Below, piece by piece: positions 35,599 through 45,523 of a DNA stretch of 64,000 nt (position 1 is the first letter of the stretch; each line of letters begins with the position of its first letter). The stretch is taken from the NCBI GenBank assembly GCA_965214225.1, contig OZ243942.1:1416298-1480297 (forward strand), in the 5' to 3' direction. The translations under genes and the position numbers were made by a program. The DNA comes from Polyangiales bacterium (lineage in GTDB: Bacteria; Myxococcota_A; Polyangia; Polyangiales; CBDCBC01). The notes under the pieces are model-generated. The model was not told the origin of the DNA. It saw only the letters and a program-made list of their open reading frames with translations, and did not search any database.

Positions 35599-36930
35599 CT
35601 ACCGGCTGATCGTTAGACTGAAGTTTCGCACCACCTCCTCGAAGGGTTCTTTTGCTTCATGAAAGCCATCAGCTCCGAGGTTTGCGATGATGAAGAGCAA
35701 ATCGCTCGCATCAAGAGGCTCAACTTCGGTGTAAAGTTTCTCCTTTCCGTGCTGCATCGTTGGCTCGACCACACCAATGATGTTTTGGTGCGCGTCGAGT
35801 CGGACTATCCAAAGCGCCCACCTGGCCCCAAACTCACCCTCAAACCATACACGCAAGGGCTCGGAGGCCTTTGTTGAAACTTGGCTGACGCGAACGTAGG
35901 CCTGGCCAAAGGGGTGCAGGGCATGCGCAGCTGGATTGAGGCGTAAAGGCAATTGCTCCCAAGCCCGCTGTGCCTCGTAAAACAGTAAACCGGACTCGCT
36001 CGACTTCTCTGACAGAAGAAGCCGAGCGAGCGCCACAGACCTTGCAGCTCCTGCGAGGCCCTCTTTTTCAGTTTCTCGAAGTACCTCCCATAGCGAAGGA
36101 CTCGCTCGCAGAGCCAGCCCTTCCCATGTCCGCTGCCTGCCGTATTGCCAAAGTTCAGCAAGAGACAGAGCACTTTCTATGGATTCAAGCGCCCGCCGTC
36201 CACCAGCCTCCAAGGCATTCCTCCAGGGCTCGCCAAGGAAATGTTGAAGCTCGTCGTGGCAAGTAGGTAGCTCAGCTAGGTGAAGAAGCTGCTGCGCACT
36301 GGCATGGCGCCATACCGTCGATTCCGCAGGATCAAGCGCCAGAAAGAGCGCTGAAGCATAAGCATAGGCCGCGCAAGATGCCGCTGCGCTCGCGTCGATG
36401 TGTTTGCTCATGACACCAAAGACTGAAGCGCCATCAAGGAAGCTCCACGGCTTGCTGCCGTCCAAACCCGCATGCGTGCGCATCGAGTCTGGCACAAGGT
36501 AGAGGTCAAATCCTACGCCGCCCAGACCACCGTCCACCAGGGGATGCGGCCAGCCTTCCCTCACCAGAAACCCGTGCAACAGCTCAAGTCCCAAAAGAGC
36601 TTCTGCCCCAAGCTCAAGGTGTTCTGCGTCCGCATGTACATTGAGGGGGTAGCTCGGCGATGAAAGACACGAGAGCGCGGTGGGGCGCTCCTCTCTGATG
36701 GGAAACGGGACGCGTGCGCCTTTCCACCTGACGATGGATTGCTCGGCCACCGCGTCACCCCAGCCTGCAAAGGACGAGTCGCCGGGACTTGATCTGCTGC
36801 AACTCGAGCAGGTGAGCGCCATCAAAAGAGGGGCGCTAAGCGACCGCGAGCTCGGCGTGAGCCAGCTTCTTAGAAAGTGACAGCTTGCGCCTTGTCTTTT
36901 GTTGACACTCATGACCCACCTGCCGTACAC
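35599..36930 (-). CDS. hypothetical secreted protein
   Basis: Long ORF with a Cys-containing signal-like N-terminus (PLLMALTCSSC). I recognise no family. The start is uncertain. Confidence 0.5.
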   Translation of the reverse strand: MYGRWVMSVNKRQGASCHFLRSWLTPSSRSLSAPLLMALTCSSCSRSSPGDSSFAGWGDAVAEQSIVRWKGARVPFPIREERPTALSCLSSPSYPLNVHADAEHLELGAEALLGLELLHGFLVREGWPHPLVDGGLGGVGFDLYLVPDSMRTHAGLDGSKPWSFLDGASVFGVMSKHIDASAAASCAAYAYASALFLALDPAESTVWRHASAQQLLHLAELPTCHDELQHFLGEPWRNALEAGGRRALESIESALSLAELWQYGRQRTWEGLALRASPSLWEVLRETEKEGLAGAARSVALARLLLSEKSSESGLLFYEAQRAWEQLPLRLNPAAHALHPFGQAYVRVSQVSTKASEPLRVWFEGEFGARWALWIVRLDAHQNIIGVVEPTMQHGKEKLYTEVEPLDASDLLFIIANLGADGFHEAKEPFEEVVRNFSLTISR

Positions 36931-36937
36931 CTAGCAC

Positions 36938-37501
36938 ATGCCGGCAAACGGTAACTTTTCGCTTTCCCAGTACTTTAAGGTCGACTTATCAGAGGGTGTA
37001 TTGCGCGCCGGTGACAATACGCGCGTGCTCGTAGTTGACCACGAAATCCTGCGCGACCTAATCGAGCTGTCGATTTCGCGCAACGACCTCTCATTGATTC
37101 GCAAGTTGGGTCACCGAATAGGGCGAGATATTTGGAGCTCACTGCAGTCGTCAGGCGGGGCTTCGGAAGAAGTTTTTGCTGATGAGGTGCTGGGCCGTAC
37201 CAGCGCCTTCCTGGCCGCCTTTGGTTGGGGCACCCTGTCCTTTGAGCAATGGGGGGATGCGGTGGCCGTCTCGATCGGGTCAGGTCCTGATTTTGACGAG
37301 GAACGGCTCACCGCGGGCGCCATGCTCGGCGGCGTATTTACGGCTCTGTACGGCCAAGAAGTCGCTTGCGTGCCCGTGAGCGCCAGCGACCGGTACCTCA
37401 TCCTGAGTCCGTCCGTTGCAGAGCGCGTTTGGGGGTGGGCACAAGACAACGCAAGCGTCGCCGAGATTGTTGGGCGCCTTGCCGTAGGAGAAGCAGCGTG
37501 A
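36938..37501 (+). CDS. hypothetical protein (possibly V4R-like)
   Basis: 187 aa. The segment AFLAAFGWGTLSFEQWGDAVAVSI is reminiscent of V4R domains. This is a weak, memory-based resemblance only. Confidence 0.45.
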   Translation: MPANGNFSLSQYFKVDLSEGVLRAGDNTRVLVVDHEILRDLIELSISRNDLSLIRKLGHRIGRDIWSSLQSSGGASEEVFADEVLGRTSAFLAAFGWGTLSFEQWGDAVAVSIGSGPDFDEERLTAGAMLGGVFTALYGQEVACVPVSASDRYLILSPSVAERVWGWAQDNASVAEIVGRLAVGEAA

Positions 37502-38100
37502 GCGGAGCAACTCACCAACTGGAGCTTCTACTTGCTCGGGTGCAACGGAATCGAGCAGCTCCGCGCCGGAGGAGCCGTCGCCCGAACAGTATCAACACCG
37601 CTCGCGGTGCCCTCCCTCCCCAAGATGGCGCCAGCGCGAGCCGCGCAGGTCACTTTCCTTCAAATGCGGCGCCAGCTCCAGATAGCACGGCGGAAGGGGC
37701 ACCAGCCCAGCAGGCACCAGAAGTGTCCTCACCCCCATCAAGCCCTTCATCCAACGCTAGTGCAAGTGGCGCTGACTATCAGCCTTCAAACGCTCAACCT
37801 TCAAACGAGAGCCATGCCCGCGGATCCGAAAGCTCGAGCGCGCACAGCGCACGCCCTGCCACGTTAGAGATACGGCCTTCCGAGCCTCCAGAGACTCCTA
37901 CCAGTGTCTATCAAGCCCTAGGCAGCCAAAGTCACGCACCACGCGCCGCTAGCAGAGGGTCAAGTGGGGGCGCACCCATAGCGACCAAAGACAACACGCG
38001 TAGCGATGAGCTCTTCGGCTTTAGCGAGTCGGGGGAAAGTCTACGGCCGAAGTTTTCTGACCTCATGCGCAGAACGCTGAGTCTTCAACCCAGGAGCTGA
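37498..38100 (+). CDS. hypothetical low-complexity Ser/Pro/Ala-rich protein
   Basis: The GTG at 37498 overlaps the upstream stop (GTGA), which suggests translational coupling. The product is mostly low complexity. The portion of the track ORF upstream of 37498 overlaps the preceding gene. Confidence 0.4.
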   Translation: MSGATHQLELLLARVQRNRAAPRRRSRRPNSINTARGALPPQDGASASRAGHFPSNAAPAPDSTAEGAPAQQAPEVSSPPSSPSSNASASGADYQPSNAQPSNESHARGSESSSAHSARPATLEIRPSEPPETPTSVYQALGSQSHAPRAASRGSSGGAPIATKDNTRSDELFGFSESGESLRPKFSDLMRRTLSLQPRS

Positions 38101-38116
38101 GTCTTCAACCCAAGAG
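38077..38116. repeat. Tandem duplication, 20 bp x2 (CTGAGTCTTCAACCCAGGAG) spanning the stop codon
   Basis: Read directly. The TGA stop (38098-38100) lies at the start of unit 2. Confidence 0.85.
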
Positions 38117-38149
38117 CTCTTCGGAAGCGCGAAGCGCACGAGTGGATTC

Positions 38150-38998
38150 ATGACGACTAAGCCTCAGGAGGCGCCGCTTGAGCTGCGCGAGCATGCTTCC
38201 GCCCCGTCCGTGGCTTGCCAGACACTCACGATAGACATCGGCAACACCCGAACGGTGTGCGGTCTATTCTGTGGTGAACAGCTGCATCTCGAGTGGAGCT
38301 GCTCGTCGTCTAGGCTTTTGGCAGCCCTTCGTTCCAGATCCAGTCAGCTGGAGGCGCTTGAACCAGCCGCTAAACATCGCCTGACGGAGGTTGCCATAGC
38401 CTCTGTCAATCCCGAGCTAAACCAGCCATTAGCGGCCGAAATCCACCAGCGCCTAAACCTGCAGCCTTACTTCCTAGATCACAGCAGCCCTCATGGTCTG
38501 AATGTGCTCTGTGAGCCTCCAAGCGAGGTTGGGCCGGACAGGCTGGCCAACGCGGCGGAAGCCCATGTTATTGCGTCGGGCCGGGGTGCAGTTGTAGTCG
38601 ACTTCGGCACGGCGACCACCTTTGACTGCATCTCCCCTGGCGCCGATTACCTCGGTGGACTGATTGCCGCTGGAGTGGGTATCAGTGCTTCGGTTCTCGC
38701 CGAGCGCACAGCTAAGCTCCCGACTATACGGGTCGAGAAGGCGACCACGCTGGTGGGACGCACAACCAAGCAAGCCATGGCTGCTGGCACGTTCTTCGGT
38801 CACTGCGCCATGGTAGAAGGCATTGTTGGTCGACTTCGTAAAGAGCTCGCGTTCGATCCGCTGGTAATTGCCACAGGCGGTTGGGCGCAACTGTGCGCTC
38901 CATCCACCCGCGGCCTCGACCTGCTCGAGCCGACTCTTACACTGCGGGGCATCTTTCGGGTGCTTCGGAATAGGTCTCTTGGAACAGAACCTCATTAG
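38150..38998 (+). CDS. coaX: type III pantothenate kinase
   Basis: Motifs LTIDIGNTRTV, VVVDFGTATTFD and ATGGWA. Confidence 0.9.
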   Translation: MTTKPQEAPLELREHASAPSVACQTLTIDIGNTRTVCGLFCGEQLHLEWSCSSSRLLAALRSRSSQLEALEPAAKHRLTEVAIASVNPELNQPLAAEIHQRLNLQPYFLDHSSPHGLNVLCEPPSEVGPDRLANAAEAHVIASGRGAVVVDFGTATTFDCISPGADYLGGLIAAGVGISASVLAERTAKLPTIRVEKATTLVGRTTKQAMAAGTFFGHCAMVEGIVGRLRKELAFDPLVIATGGWAQLCAPSTRGLDLLEPTLTLRGIFRVLRNRSLGTEPH

Positions 38999-39063
38999 CG
39001 TTCCTGCAACTATAACAGCTGAGCCACTCCTAGTGCTTATCCATCCGTGGGCGCAGCGGCCTA

Positions 39064-40035
39064 TTACAAACCATCCACCGAATGAAATGCGGCCCGTTGC
39101 TGGTGCCGTTCGAGCACGCCTAGGACGGGTCGATAGCGCTCATCAACTGGGAGAACGAAGCCTCCAAAGCCCCACGTCTCGGTGAGAAGCTGGCTGAGTG
39201 ATGGGTCGTTATCGAGCGACAACAGGATGCTCTGCAGCCTCTGACCGAAGGTGCGATCCAACTCTTTCCGAACCGCAAAGCAGTCTAGTGGGATCTGCTG
39301 CGTCTTTCCCACTACACGCAGCTCACGTGCTTCAGGTATGCGCGTGTAAAGACCTCGATCGACAAACCGCGAAGACGTTGCCGCAACCGCAGCACTGCCG
39401 GAGATGACGGCTCGCATGGCTTTGGTATGGTCGCCCGCAAAATACTGCTCCGAGAAGAACTTGTCCGGATCGATGCCTAGCCAAAGGAGCGCTTCGTAGG
39501 GGTACAAGAAACCCGAGGCGCTCATCGGATCCACCCACGCAATGCGACTTGAACGCAGGGAGTATAACGATGAGTACGGTGAATCCTTAGCCACAACGAA
39601 GTAGCCCAAGTAAGTTGCTGCACCCGCGGTCGTTGCTGAGGCCAGCGGGACAACGCCATCTGCCTGTAAAGCGCGCGCATACATGAGCGGCGAGAAGTTT
39701 GCCGCATACACCCGGCGAGTCTGAAAGAGTTTGAGTAACTCTTCATACGACGTGGTCACCCTAAAGCGCACCGGATGGTCAAGCTTTCGCTCAAGGTACT
39801 TCTTGAGTGGCTGCATCCGCGCAACGGCGCGGCCAGTTGCTGGCGGAATCGCGATGACGAGCGTCTTTGGAACGCGCCCAGGGCTCGGCAGGCGTGAAAG
39901 CATGGCCGCACTGTCTTCAACCCCCGACTTGCTGCACGAGGCGAACAGTAAAGCGGCTCCTAATACGCCTGAAGCCACCGAGTACACTCTCCAGCAGGCC
40001 GTGAGCACGTGTGTCACCCGTTTGAAGAGCGCCAT
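39064..40035 (-). CDS. PhnD-like phosphate/phosphonate ABC transporter substrate-binding protein
   Basis: Signal peptide, then LVIAIPPATGRAVARMQPLKKYLERKLDHPVRFRVTTSYEELLKLF, typical of the PhnD/SBP family. Confidence 0.75.
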   Translation of the reverse strand: MALFKRVTHVLTACWRVYSVASGVLGAALLFASCSKSGVEDSAAMLSRLPSPGRVPKTLVIAIPPATGRAVARMQPLKKYLERKLDHPVRFRVTTSYEELLKLFQTRRVYAANFSPLMYARALQADGVVPLASATTAGAATYLGYFVVAKDSPYSSLYSLRSSRIAWVDPMSASGFLYPYEALLWLGIDPDKFFSEQYFAGDHTKAMRAVISGSAAVAATSSRFVDRGLYTRIPEARELRVVGKTQQIPLDCFAVRKELDRTFGQRLQSILLSLDNDPSLSQLLTETWGFGGFVLPVDERYRPVLGVLERHQQRAAFHSVDGL

Positions 40036-40841
40036 GCCTCGAGCGCGTCAACAAGCTCATGTGCTTGGGGAGAAGCCGCAACAGCAACGGGATACGTGTG
40101 CAGCCCCCTATCGTTGAGCAGATTAATAACCCACAACACATAGCTTGCCCTCGCCCGATTCCGCCACGCGCCGAGCCTCAGCCTGTGCTCTTCGTTGAGC
40201 TGCTCATATGCCGCGCTCGTGATGGGAGGCAGCAGAGCCGAACACGCCCCGTGCGGGCTTTCAGCTAAAATACGCCCGCGCTCTTCCGCCTCCGCCTCCA
40301 CCGCACGACGAAGGTCGCTCGCCCGTCTTTCAAGGTCGCGTGCGCCGAGGCTAAGGTTCTGCTGATAGTCATGCATTTCGGCGGCGGTAAGGGTCGTCTC
40401 AGTGGTCAGCGGCTCCTCGAGCTCGTCCGTGCTCTGGCCGAGGAGTTCAAGCCACCCGTGCAACTCCAGTTCCTCGACAGGTCGAAGGAGGCGATGCAGA
40501 TTGAGCCATTCTGTCGCGGACAGCTGGAATCTCACCTCGAGGTACGCTTCCCATTCTTTCAATTCTTGGCGATCTTTATCGGATCGTGGTGTCAGTGTGC
40601 CGAGAGCAATCTGTTCAAAGCGAGCCAGAGTGTCCGCATCGAACTGCGTTAGCCACTCCGGACAAGAGCCTGGTCTTTCGCCACTGCACGATTCGTAACC
40701 GGTTGAACCACCTGCCGCTGATGATGGCGCTTCATCATCCGCAACGCATGCCACCCATGGCAATAGGAACTGCACCGCGAAGGTCAAAGCGCGGCGGCTC
40801 GCTCCCAATCCATCGGTTCTCAACATCATCATCTCACCCAT
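40014..40841 (-). CDS. hypothetical secreted protein
   Basis: 275-aa ORF with a signal-like N-terminus, overlapping the downstream gene start by 22 nt. I recognise no family. Confidence 0.45.
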   Translation of the reverse strand: MGEMMMLRTDGLGASRRALTFAVQFLLPWVACVADDEAPSSAAGGSTGYESCSGERPGSCPEWLTQFDADTLARFEQIALGTLTPRSDKDRQELKEWEAYLEVRFQLSATEWLNLHRLLRPVEELELHGWLELLGQSTDELEEPLTTETTLTAAEMHDYQQNLSLGARDLERRASDLRRAVEAEAEERGRILAESPHGACSALLPPITSAAYEQLNEEHRLRLGAWRNRARASYVLWVINLLNDRGLHTYPVAVAASPQAHELVDALEAWRSSNG

Positions 40842-40878
40842 TTTTCCTTCGGACAGGGGTTTTTCCTACGAACAGGTT
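40841..40878. repeat. Tandem repeat, 19 bp x2 (TTTTTCCTTCGGACAGGGG) abutting the start codon
   Basis: Read directly. On the coding (minus) strand each unit ends in GGAAAAA, so the RBS-like element just before the ATG is duplicated. Confidence 0.8.
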
Positions 40879-41448
40879 GTTTCTCAAGTACAAGGGGCCA
40901 AAAGCTAGCATGCAGCAAGGGCGCTACAAGGCTTGCAGGCTAATGATGAAGCACAATGTGCGCGTGCGACGTACTCGTGTCGCGAGCAGCACATGCTCTT
41001 GAGGCTACCCGATCAGTTCAATGCCAGTGCCTCCGGCACCGATGCTGTGCAGTTGAGTCAGTTTTCGAGCGCCCCCGCCAGAGTTCTCGTCCTCCCTGCA
41101 GTCGTCCCGCGATCCTGGAAAAACCGCAGCGTAGCTCATCTACGTGAGGCCTCTTCCAAAGAACTAGTTTTCCAGAACTAGGTTCGCGAGGAGGAAAGCC
41201 GGAAAATGGCTTGAGTGAACGGCATTGACCCGATCAGTTCGGGTTAGCCGATCAGATCGCGTCTCCGCTCCCCTAAATGCCATGTTGGAGGCTGACGCAA
41301 GACATGCCGAACGTAAGCGTTCAGGTACCTTCTGGACAATAGAAAACCACGCTAGGGTACCTGAATGTTTACTGCCGAACAGCGATTGGTTCAGACTGCG
41401 TGTGGCCCAGAAAGCGGCAGGCCCACGCTAGGGCTTAGGTCGAGAAGA

Positions 41449-42393
41449 CTAACCGGATGCGCGCATTAATATGAAGAGTCCGATAAGGCTGGCTACGAAG
41501 ATGAGTCCTGCCATCGCGTATATAAACAGGTCAGCTTCGGCTTCGCGCACCACAAGCCCTCGTTCCGCACCCTCACCCGCAGTTTGGCGCGTGGGCTTCT
41601 GTGGCGCCTCTATCTCCGGGTTTTCAGAGCGTCGGTCGTCTTCCTCTCCATGGCTTCTCGCCATGTCCAGGCGAACATCGGGTTCGCTTTCGATGGTCGC
41701 CATCATGGGTTCTGCCGCATCTTCAAAACGCATCCGCGTAGTCCCAATCTGCACCACATCCTCGTGTCGCAGCTTGCGTGAGTCGACTAATCGGCCGTTG
41801 ACCTTCGTTCCGTTCTTGCTCTGAAGATCGGATAGCACAGCGCCTTTGCTGGTAAGAACGACTTCGGCGTGCCGACGTGAGGCATCGCTGTCATTGATGG
41901 GCAGGTCGCACTGCGCATCCCTGCCGATAACGTAACTTCGATCCGTCACGCGCAGTTCGAGCGCGCTGTCGGAGTCGAGCACGGTTAACGTAGGTGAGAT
42001 GAGCTCTGTTTGCGTCGTGCTCATGAGGTCGCGCATCAAGCTTCGGCTGAGCTCGGAGGTTACCTCCCACGAGGTGGGTTGTTTTACTGGGACCGGCCCC
42101 TCGAGCTTTACGGAAAACTTCCCGACCAGTACGTGCGACCCGCTATCCATGCGATGGGGTCGGTGGGGTAGGAGTCGGTTCCCACCAATAAAGGTTCCAT
42201 TGGTCGAGCCTAGGTCCGAGATGAGTAATCCATCATCAGCCATCTCGACCAATGCGTGGTTTTGACTGACCGTGCGGTGCGGAAGCCGGACGTCCGCCCC
42301 TGCGCCACGCCCGATGACGACCCGCTTCTGATCAAACTTGTATTCCGCAGAGGATACCCCTTCAGCGGTTGTCACTGTCAGGCGGGTGCCCAT
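41449..42393 (-). CDS. tandem FHA-domain protein with a C-terminal transmembrane anchor
   Basis: Two FHA cores are present: VVIGRGAGADVRLPHRTVSQNHALV...GSTNGTFIGG and YVIGRDAQCDLPINDSDASRRHAEV...QSKNGTKVNG. The C-terminal TM is LFIYAMAGLIFVASLIGLFILM. The start was moved to MGTRLTV. Confidence 0.85.
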   Translation of the reverse strand: MGTRLTVTTAEGVSSAEYKFDQKRVVIGRGAGADVRLPHRTVSQNHALVEMADDGLLISDLGSTNGTFIGGNRLLPHRPHRMDSGSHVLVGKFSVKLEGPVPVKQPTSWEVTSELSRSLMRDLMSTTQTELISPTLTVLDSDSALELRVTDRSYVIGRDAQCDLPINDSDASRRHAEVVLTSKGAVLSDLQSKNGTKVNGRLVDSRKLRHEDVVQIGTTRMRFEDAAEPMMATIESEPDVRLDMARSHGEEDDRRSENPEIEAPQKPTRQTAGEGAERGLVVREAEADLFIYAMAGLIFVASLIGLFILMRASG

Positions 42394-42736
42394 CTTTTGC
42401 CGAACCCTCCCAGCGACTGTGATAGCTGACCAGCGGTGGCAGCTCAAGGCGGCGGATCCCTTCAGCTGCGAGGACTAAGGACAAGGCACCAAGGATGGGG
42501 CACCGAGAACAAGGGACAGGTCAGGCGAGCCGTGTCGCGTGTCGCCCCGAAAAACCGGAATCCTACAGACTGCTGGCGCTAGTGAACGCTTTTCGCTGGG
42601 AGGGGCGGCGACGGGATAGCCTACTCAACCGGCTTAGAGTTTGGCTCATCTTTCCGAGTATGCGACGAAGCAGACGTGTCAAAAAGTGGACGAATAGCCT
42701 AAAGTTTGGGATCCCTTTCAATCGGAGGAAAGAAAG

Positions 42737-44785
42737 ATGGAAGCCTTAGATCGACGTTTTGAAGGGGAAGCGCGTGTGCCGCTACGGGCACAGGTCGACC
42801 TTTCTGCTTACAACCTCGCATCAAAGATTCAGAGTACTGGAATCAACCTAAGCGCCGGTGGATTATCGGTCTTTTCCGCGAAGTCTCCTCCTGTTGGCAC
42901 ACGTGTAGCGTGCAGATTTGGCAACGACGAAGAGGGAGTATCGGTTCAAGCAGAGGCTGAGGTTGTGTGGGTAAGCCCCCGCAAGACCGGTGTCACATGC
43001 GGACTGCGCTTCACTAACCTCGAGCAGGCGAAAGACGGGCTGCGGGAGTGGCTCATCGAGCAGCAGCCTTCAGCTGTCGGAGCAGAATCACCAGGTGTGG
43101 TTCGTGCTACTGACGTTCAGAACCTGCGACGCCACGCATCTTACATCATAGCTGAGCACAGCTTGTCGCACATCTGCCTCGGAAAGGACGTGGTGGTGCG
43201 AGAAGACGGCGTGACCGCCAAGGGTGAGCTGCAAGCGGTTGAACTGCGTGTCGTCAATGATGTGCCGCGGTTGGTCCTCACTCTGGAAGAGCAACATCTT
43301 CCTCCCGATGACCTGGCGGAGGAGGATTCTCAAGTACGTCGTGCGCACAACGCCAGGAAGGCTGCCCGCGCTGATGAAACATGGCGCGAGATTCAGAACG
43401 ATCGCTCACCCGCTCACCCACCCGCTCACCACGAGCCGAAGGAAGTCACGCCCGTCGAGGTGGGAGCGCTTAGCTGGCAAGACATTGCGGAAGCTCCGAC
43501 GCCCCACACGTTTCGTTCCGCGGGAGGCGGTGGCGGGAGCTACAGTCAACTGCTCCTCACCCACACCCCCGCGAGCGCATCAGCTGTTGCCAAGCGAGAA
43601 GACGACACCCAGCCTGAGAAGAAGCTCTCACACCTTGAGGACCACGCTGCCGAAAGCCGTTCGTTTCGACCAGCTTCCATCGCAGAAGAGGACTTCTTTG
43701 ACACAAGGGGTGACCTGCCCGAGCACGCTGGCCCGGCGGAAGAGACGGATGAAGTGGAGATCCCATCCGTTCCAGTTTGGCCCGAGCTTCGAGGACGACT
43801 GACCACACGTGCAGCACTCTTTTGGCGCTGGTGCGTCGCCACCACCTCCTCCGTCACCTCCTCTTTACGACACCATAGAACGCGGCTTGTTCCTAAGATG
43901 CGTCAGGCATTAACTCCGCTAAATGTTTTCTGGCGACGGTTCTTCTACTTCGTGCGGGCACTGGTCTCACCGTCTTCAGGGCGTTCATTTCAACGTCCTA
44001 CATCCGCTTCGGGAAGGCGCGACGCCGTAAGGGTTCAGCGGCGGCCAGGGGAACAGCGTCAGGAACAGCGCCGGTTGCTTCGTCGTAAGCTGATGCTAGT
44101 TGCTGCGGCCATGGTGGTGGCTTTCGTAGTCTATCGCTTGCTTCGGGGAGGTGCAGACGCTCCTCCGACCGACGCGGAGTTGGAACGGCTCGAACAAGAG
44201 AGCGTCCCGGCAGCTACCGGCATGCCCACAGAGGCGATGCCGGCGGATTCTGCAGCGGAAAGTGAGCGGGAAGGTGCGCTAGCCGAACTCCCAGATGAGT
44301 CCGACTACTATGGCGCAGCCGCAGCACCAGGCGAGGGAGCCCTGCCCGACCCCAGCTATGAGGCAGGGCAGATCCCGCACACCGAATACCCTCGTGCGTC
44401 CGAGTTTACCGATGTTCCTGCAGCTCCACCTAGAGGAGCTGTTGAACCCACAAAACGTCCGGAGACCTCCTCCTCTACCGGCAAAGCGCCTTTCTTCGGC
44501 TCTGCCAGTGTGCCGCAGGGTCGTAGCTTCCTGATTCGAATGAGTCAGCCAGTGGAGCGCATCATAGGAAAGGCTGACGACTCCGGATTTGAAGTCACTG
44601 TTCCTGGTAGTCTAGCCCTCGACCGCGCAGGACCGATCGCTGCAGCGCACTCCAGCGTGAGCAAGTCCATGATTGTCAACCGAGGCGATCGCGCAGAGCT
44701 CACCATGCGCTTCGCACCCGGTCGGACGCCGACTTTCCGCGTCGTCGGTCGTGGCTCCGCAATCGAGATAATCGTTGGCCGGTAA
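42737..44785 (+). CDS. PilZ domain protein with a long disordered linker, one TM helix and a beta-rich (AMIN-like?) C-terminal domain
   Basis: The N-terminal PilZ motifs are RVPLR (RxxxR) and NLSAGG (D/NxSxxG). The TM helix is LMLVAAAMVVAFVVY. The C-terminal region is FLIRMSQPVERIIGKADDSGFEVTVPGSLALD...RAELTMRF...AIEIIVGR. The RBS is GGAGGAAAG. Confidence 0.8.
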   Translation: MEALDRRFEGEARVPLRAQVDLSAYNLASKIQSTGINLSAGGLSVFSAKSPPVGTRVACRFGNDEEGVSVQAEAEVVWVSPRKTGVTCGLRFTNLEQAKDGLREWLIEQQPSAVGAESPGVVRATDVQNLRRHASYIIAEHSLSHICLGKDVVVREDGVTAKGELQAVELRVVNDVPRLVLTLEEQHLPPDDLAEEDSQVRRAHNARKAARADETWREIQNDRSPAHPPAHHEPKEVTPVEVGALSWQDIAEAPTPHTFRSAGGGGGSYSQLLLTHTPASASAVAKREDDTQPEKKLSHLEDHAAESRSFRPASIAEEDFFDTRGDLPEHAGPAEETDEVEIPSVPVWPELRGRLTTRAALFWRWCVATTSSVTSSLRHHRTRLVPKMRQALTPLNVFWRRFFYFVRALVSPSSGRSFQRPTSASGRRDAVRVQRRPGEQRQEQRRLLRRKLMLVAAAMVVAFVVYRLLRGGADAPPTDAELERLEQESVPAATGMPTEAMPADSAAESEREGALAELPDESDYYGAAAAPGEGALPDPSYEAGQIPHTEYPRASEFTDVPAAPPRGAVEPTKRPETSSSTGKAPFFGSASVPQGRSFLIRMSQPVERIIGKADDSGFEVTVPGSLALDRAGPIAAAHSSVSKSMIVNRGDRAELTMRFAPGRTPTFRVVGRGSAIEIIVGR

Positions 44786-44794
44786 TGGGCCGGG

Positions 44795-45523
44795 CTAAAG
44801 CTCCGGCGAAGGGTCCGATCCCTCTGCCGACCGGTCGAGGTCCAGAATTCGCTGCTCTCCAACGTAATCCTTCGTCTCGTATTCTGTCACTTGCGACAGC
44901 TTCCGCACGACGGCTGCCATTCGCTCCGCTTCGCGCACAATCGTGTCGGCAGCGCGAAGCGCTGGCCCCTGAGGCAGGCGTCGTCGAAGAAGTTCGGCGT
45001 AGCCCATCACGCTTGTCAGGGGCTGATTGAGCATGTGCGCTGCACTACCTGCGATTTCCGAGACCAGAGCCTGCTTTTCCTCAGGCAAGAGGCGCCTTTG
45101 CTGCCGATCCAGCCTCTCTTGAAGCGCACCCTTCCTATCGACCTCCGCACTCACTTTGCTCAGATGCCACTGACGTGAGCAACGCAGCCTAAGGATGGAG
45201 CCGCTAACGCCCTGCTCAACCCACTCGATCTGACCGTTCCGGTAGGCTTCCGCAAATGCATCTCGTAAACCCTCGCGAGGAGCGACAAGAACAAGAGGCA
45301 AGGGAAGAACGGTCGGGTCTTGGCGTTCGGTGCCTATCGCCTCAAGAAGCTTCGCAATCGTGTCCGCCTTACCCAATAGAACACTCTTGCCCGCACTCGA
45401 AAGCTTTTCCTCCAGCGCCTTGAACGAAGGAAGACGCTCCACTCGAACGTCTTCAAGACCCCAAAGTTCCTCTTCGAGGCGTTCCTCCCTCAGGTAGGCC
45501 AAAGCGAGAGAGGAAGGCACCAT
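44795..45523 (-). CDS. receiver-like + HisKA (dimerisation/phosphoacceptor) protein lacking an ATPase domain
   Basis: The H-box is EIAGSAAHMLNQPLTSVMGYAELL, and the protein ends about 55 aa later with no N/G1/F/G2 boxes. The N-terminal alpha/beta region is weakly receiver-like. Confidence 0.65.
   Translation of the reverse strand: MVPSSLALAYLREERLEEELWGLEDVRVERLPSFKALEEKLSSAGKSVLLGKADTIAKLLEAIGTERQDPTVLPLPLVLVAPREGLRDAFAEAYRNGQIEWVEQGVSGSILRLRCSRQWHLSKVSAEVDRKGALQERLDRQQRRLLPEEKQALVSEIAGSAAHMLNQPLTSVMGYAELLRRRLPQGPALRAADTIVREAERMAAVVRKLSQVTEYETKDYVGEQRILDLDRSAEGSDPSPEL

Noticed and set aside
37366-37497. The upstream 44 codons of track ORF 37366..38100.
   Set aside because: This part overlaps the 3' end of the 36938..37501 gene in another frame. 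A GTG at 37498 overlapping that gene's stop (GTGA) is the more economical start.
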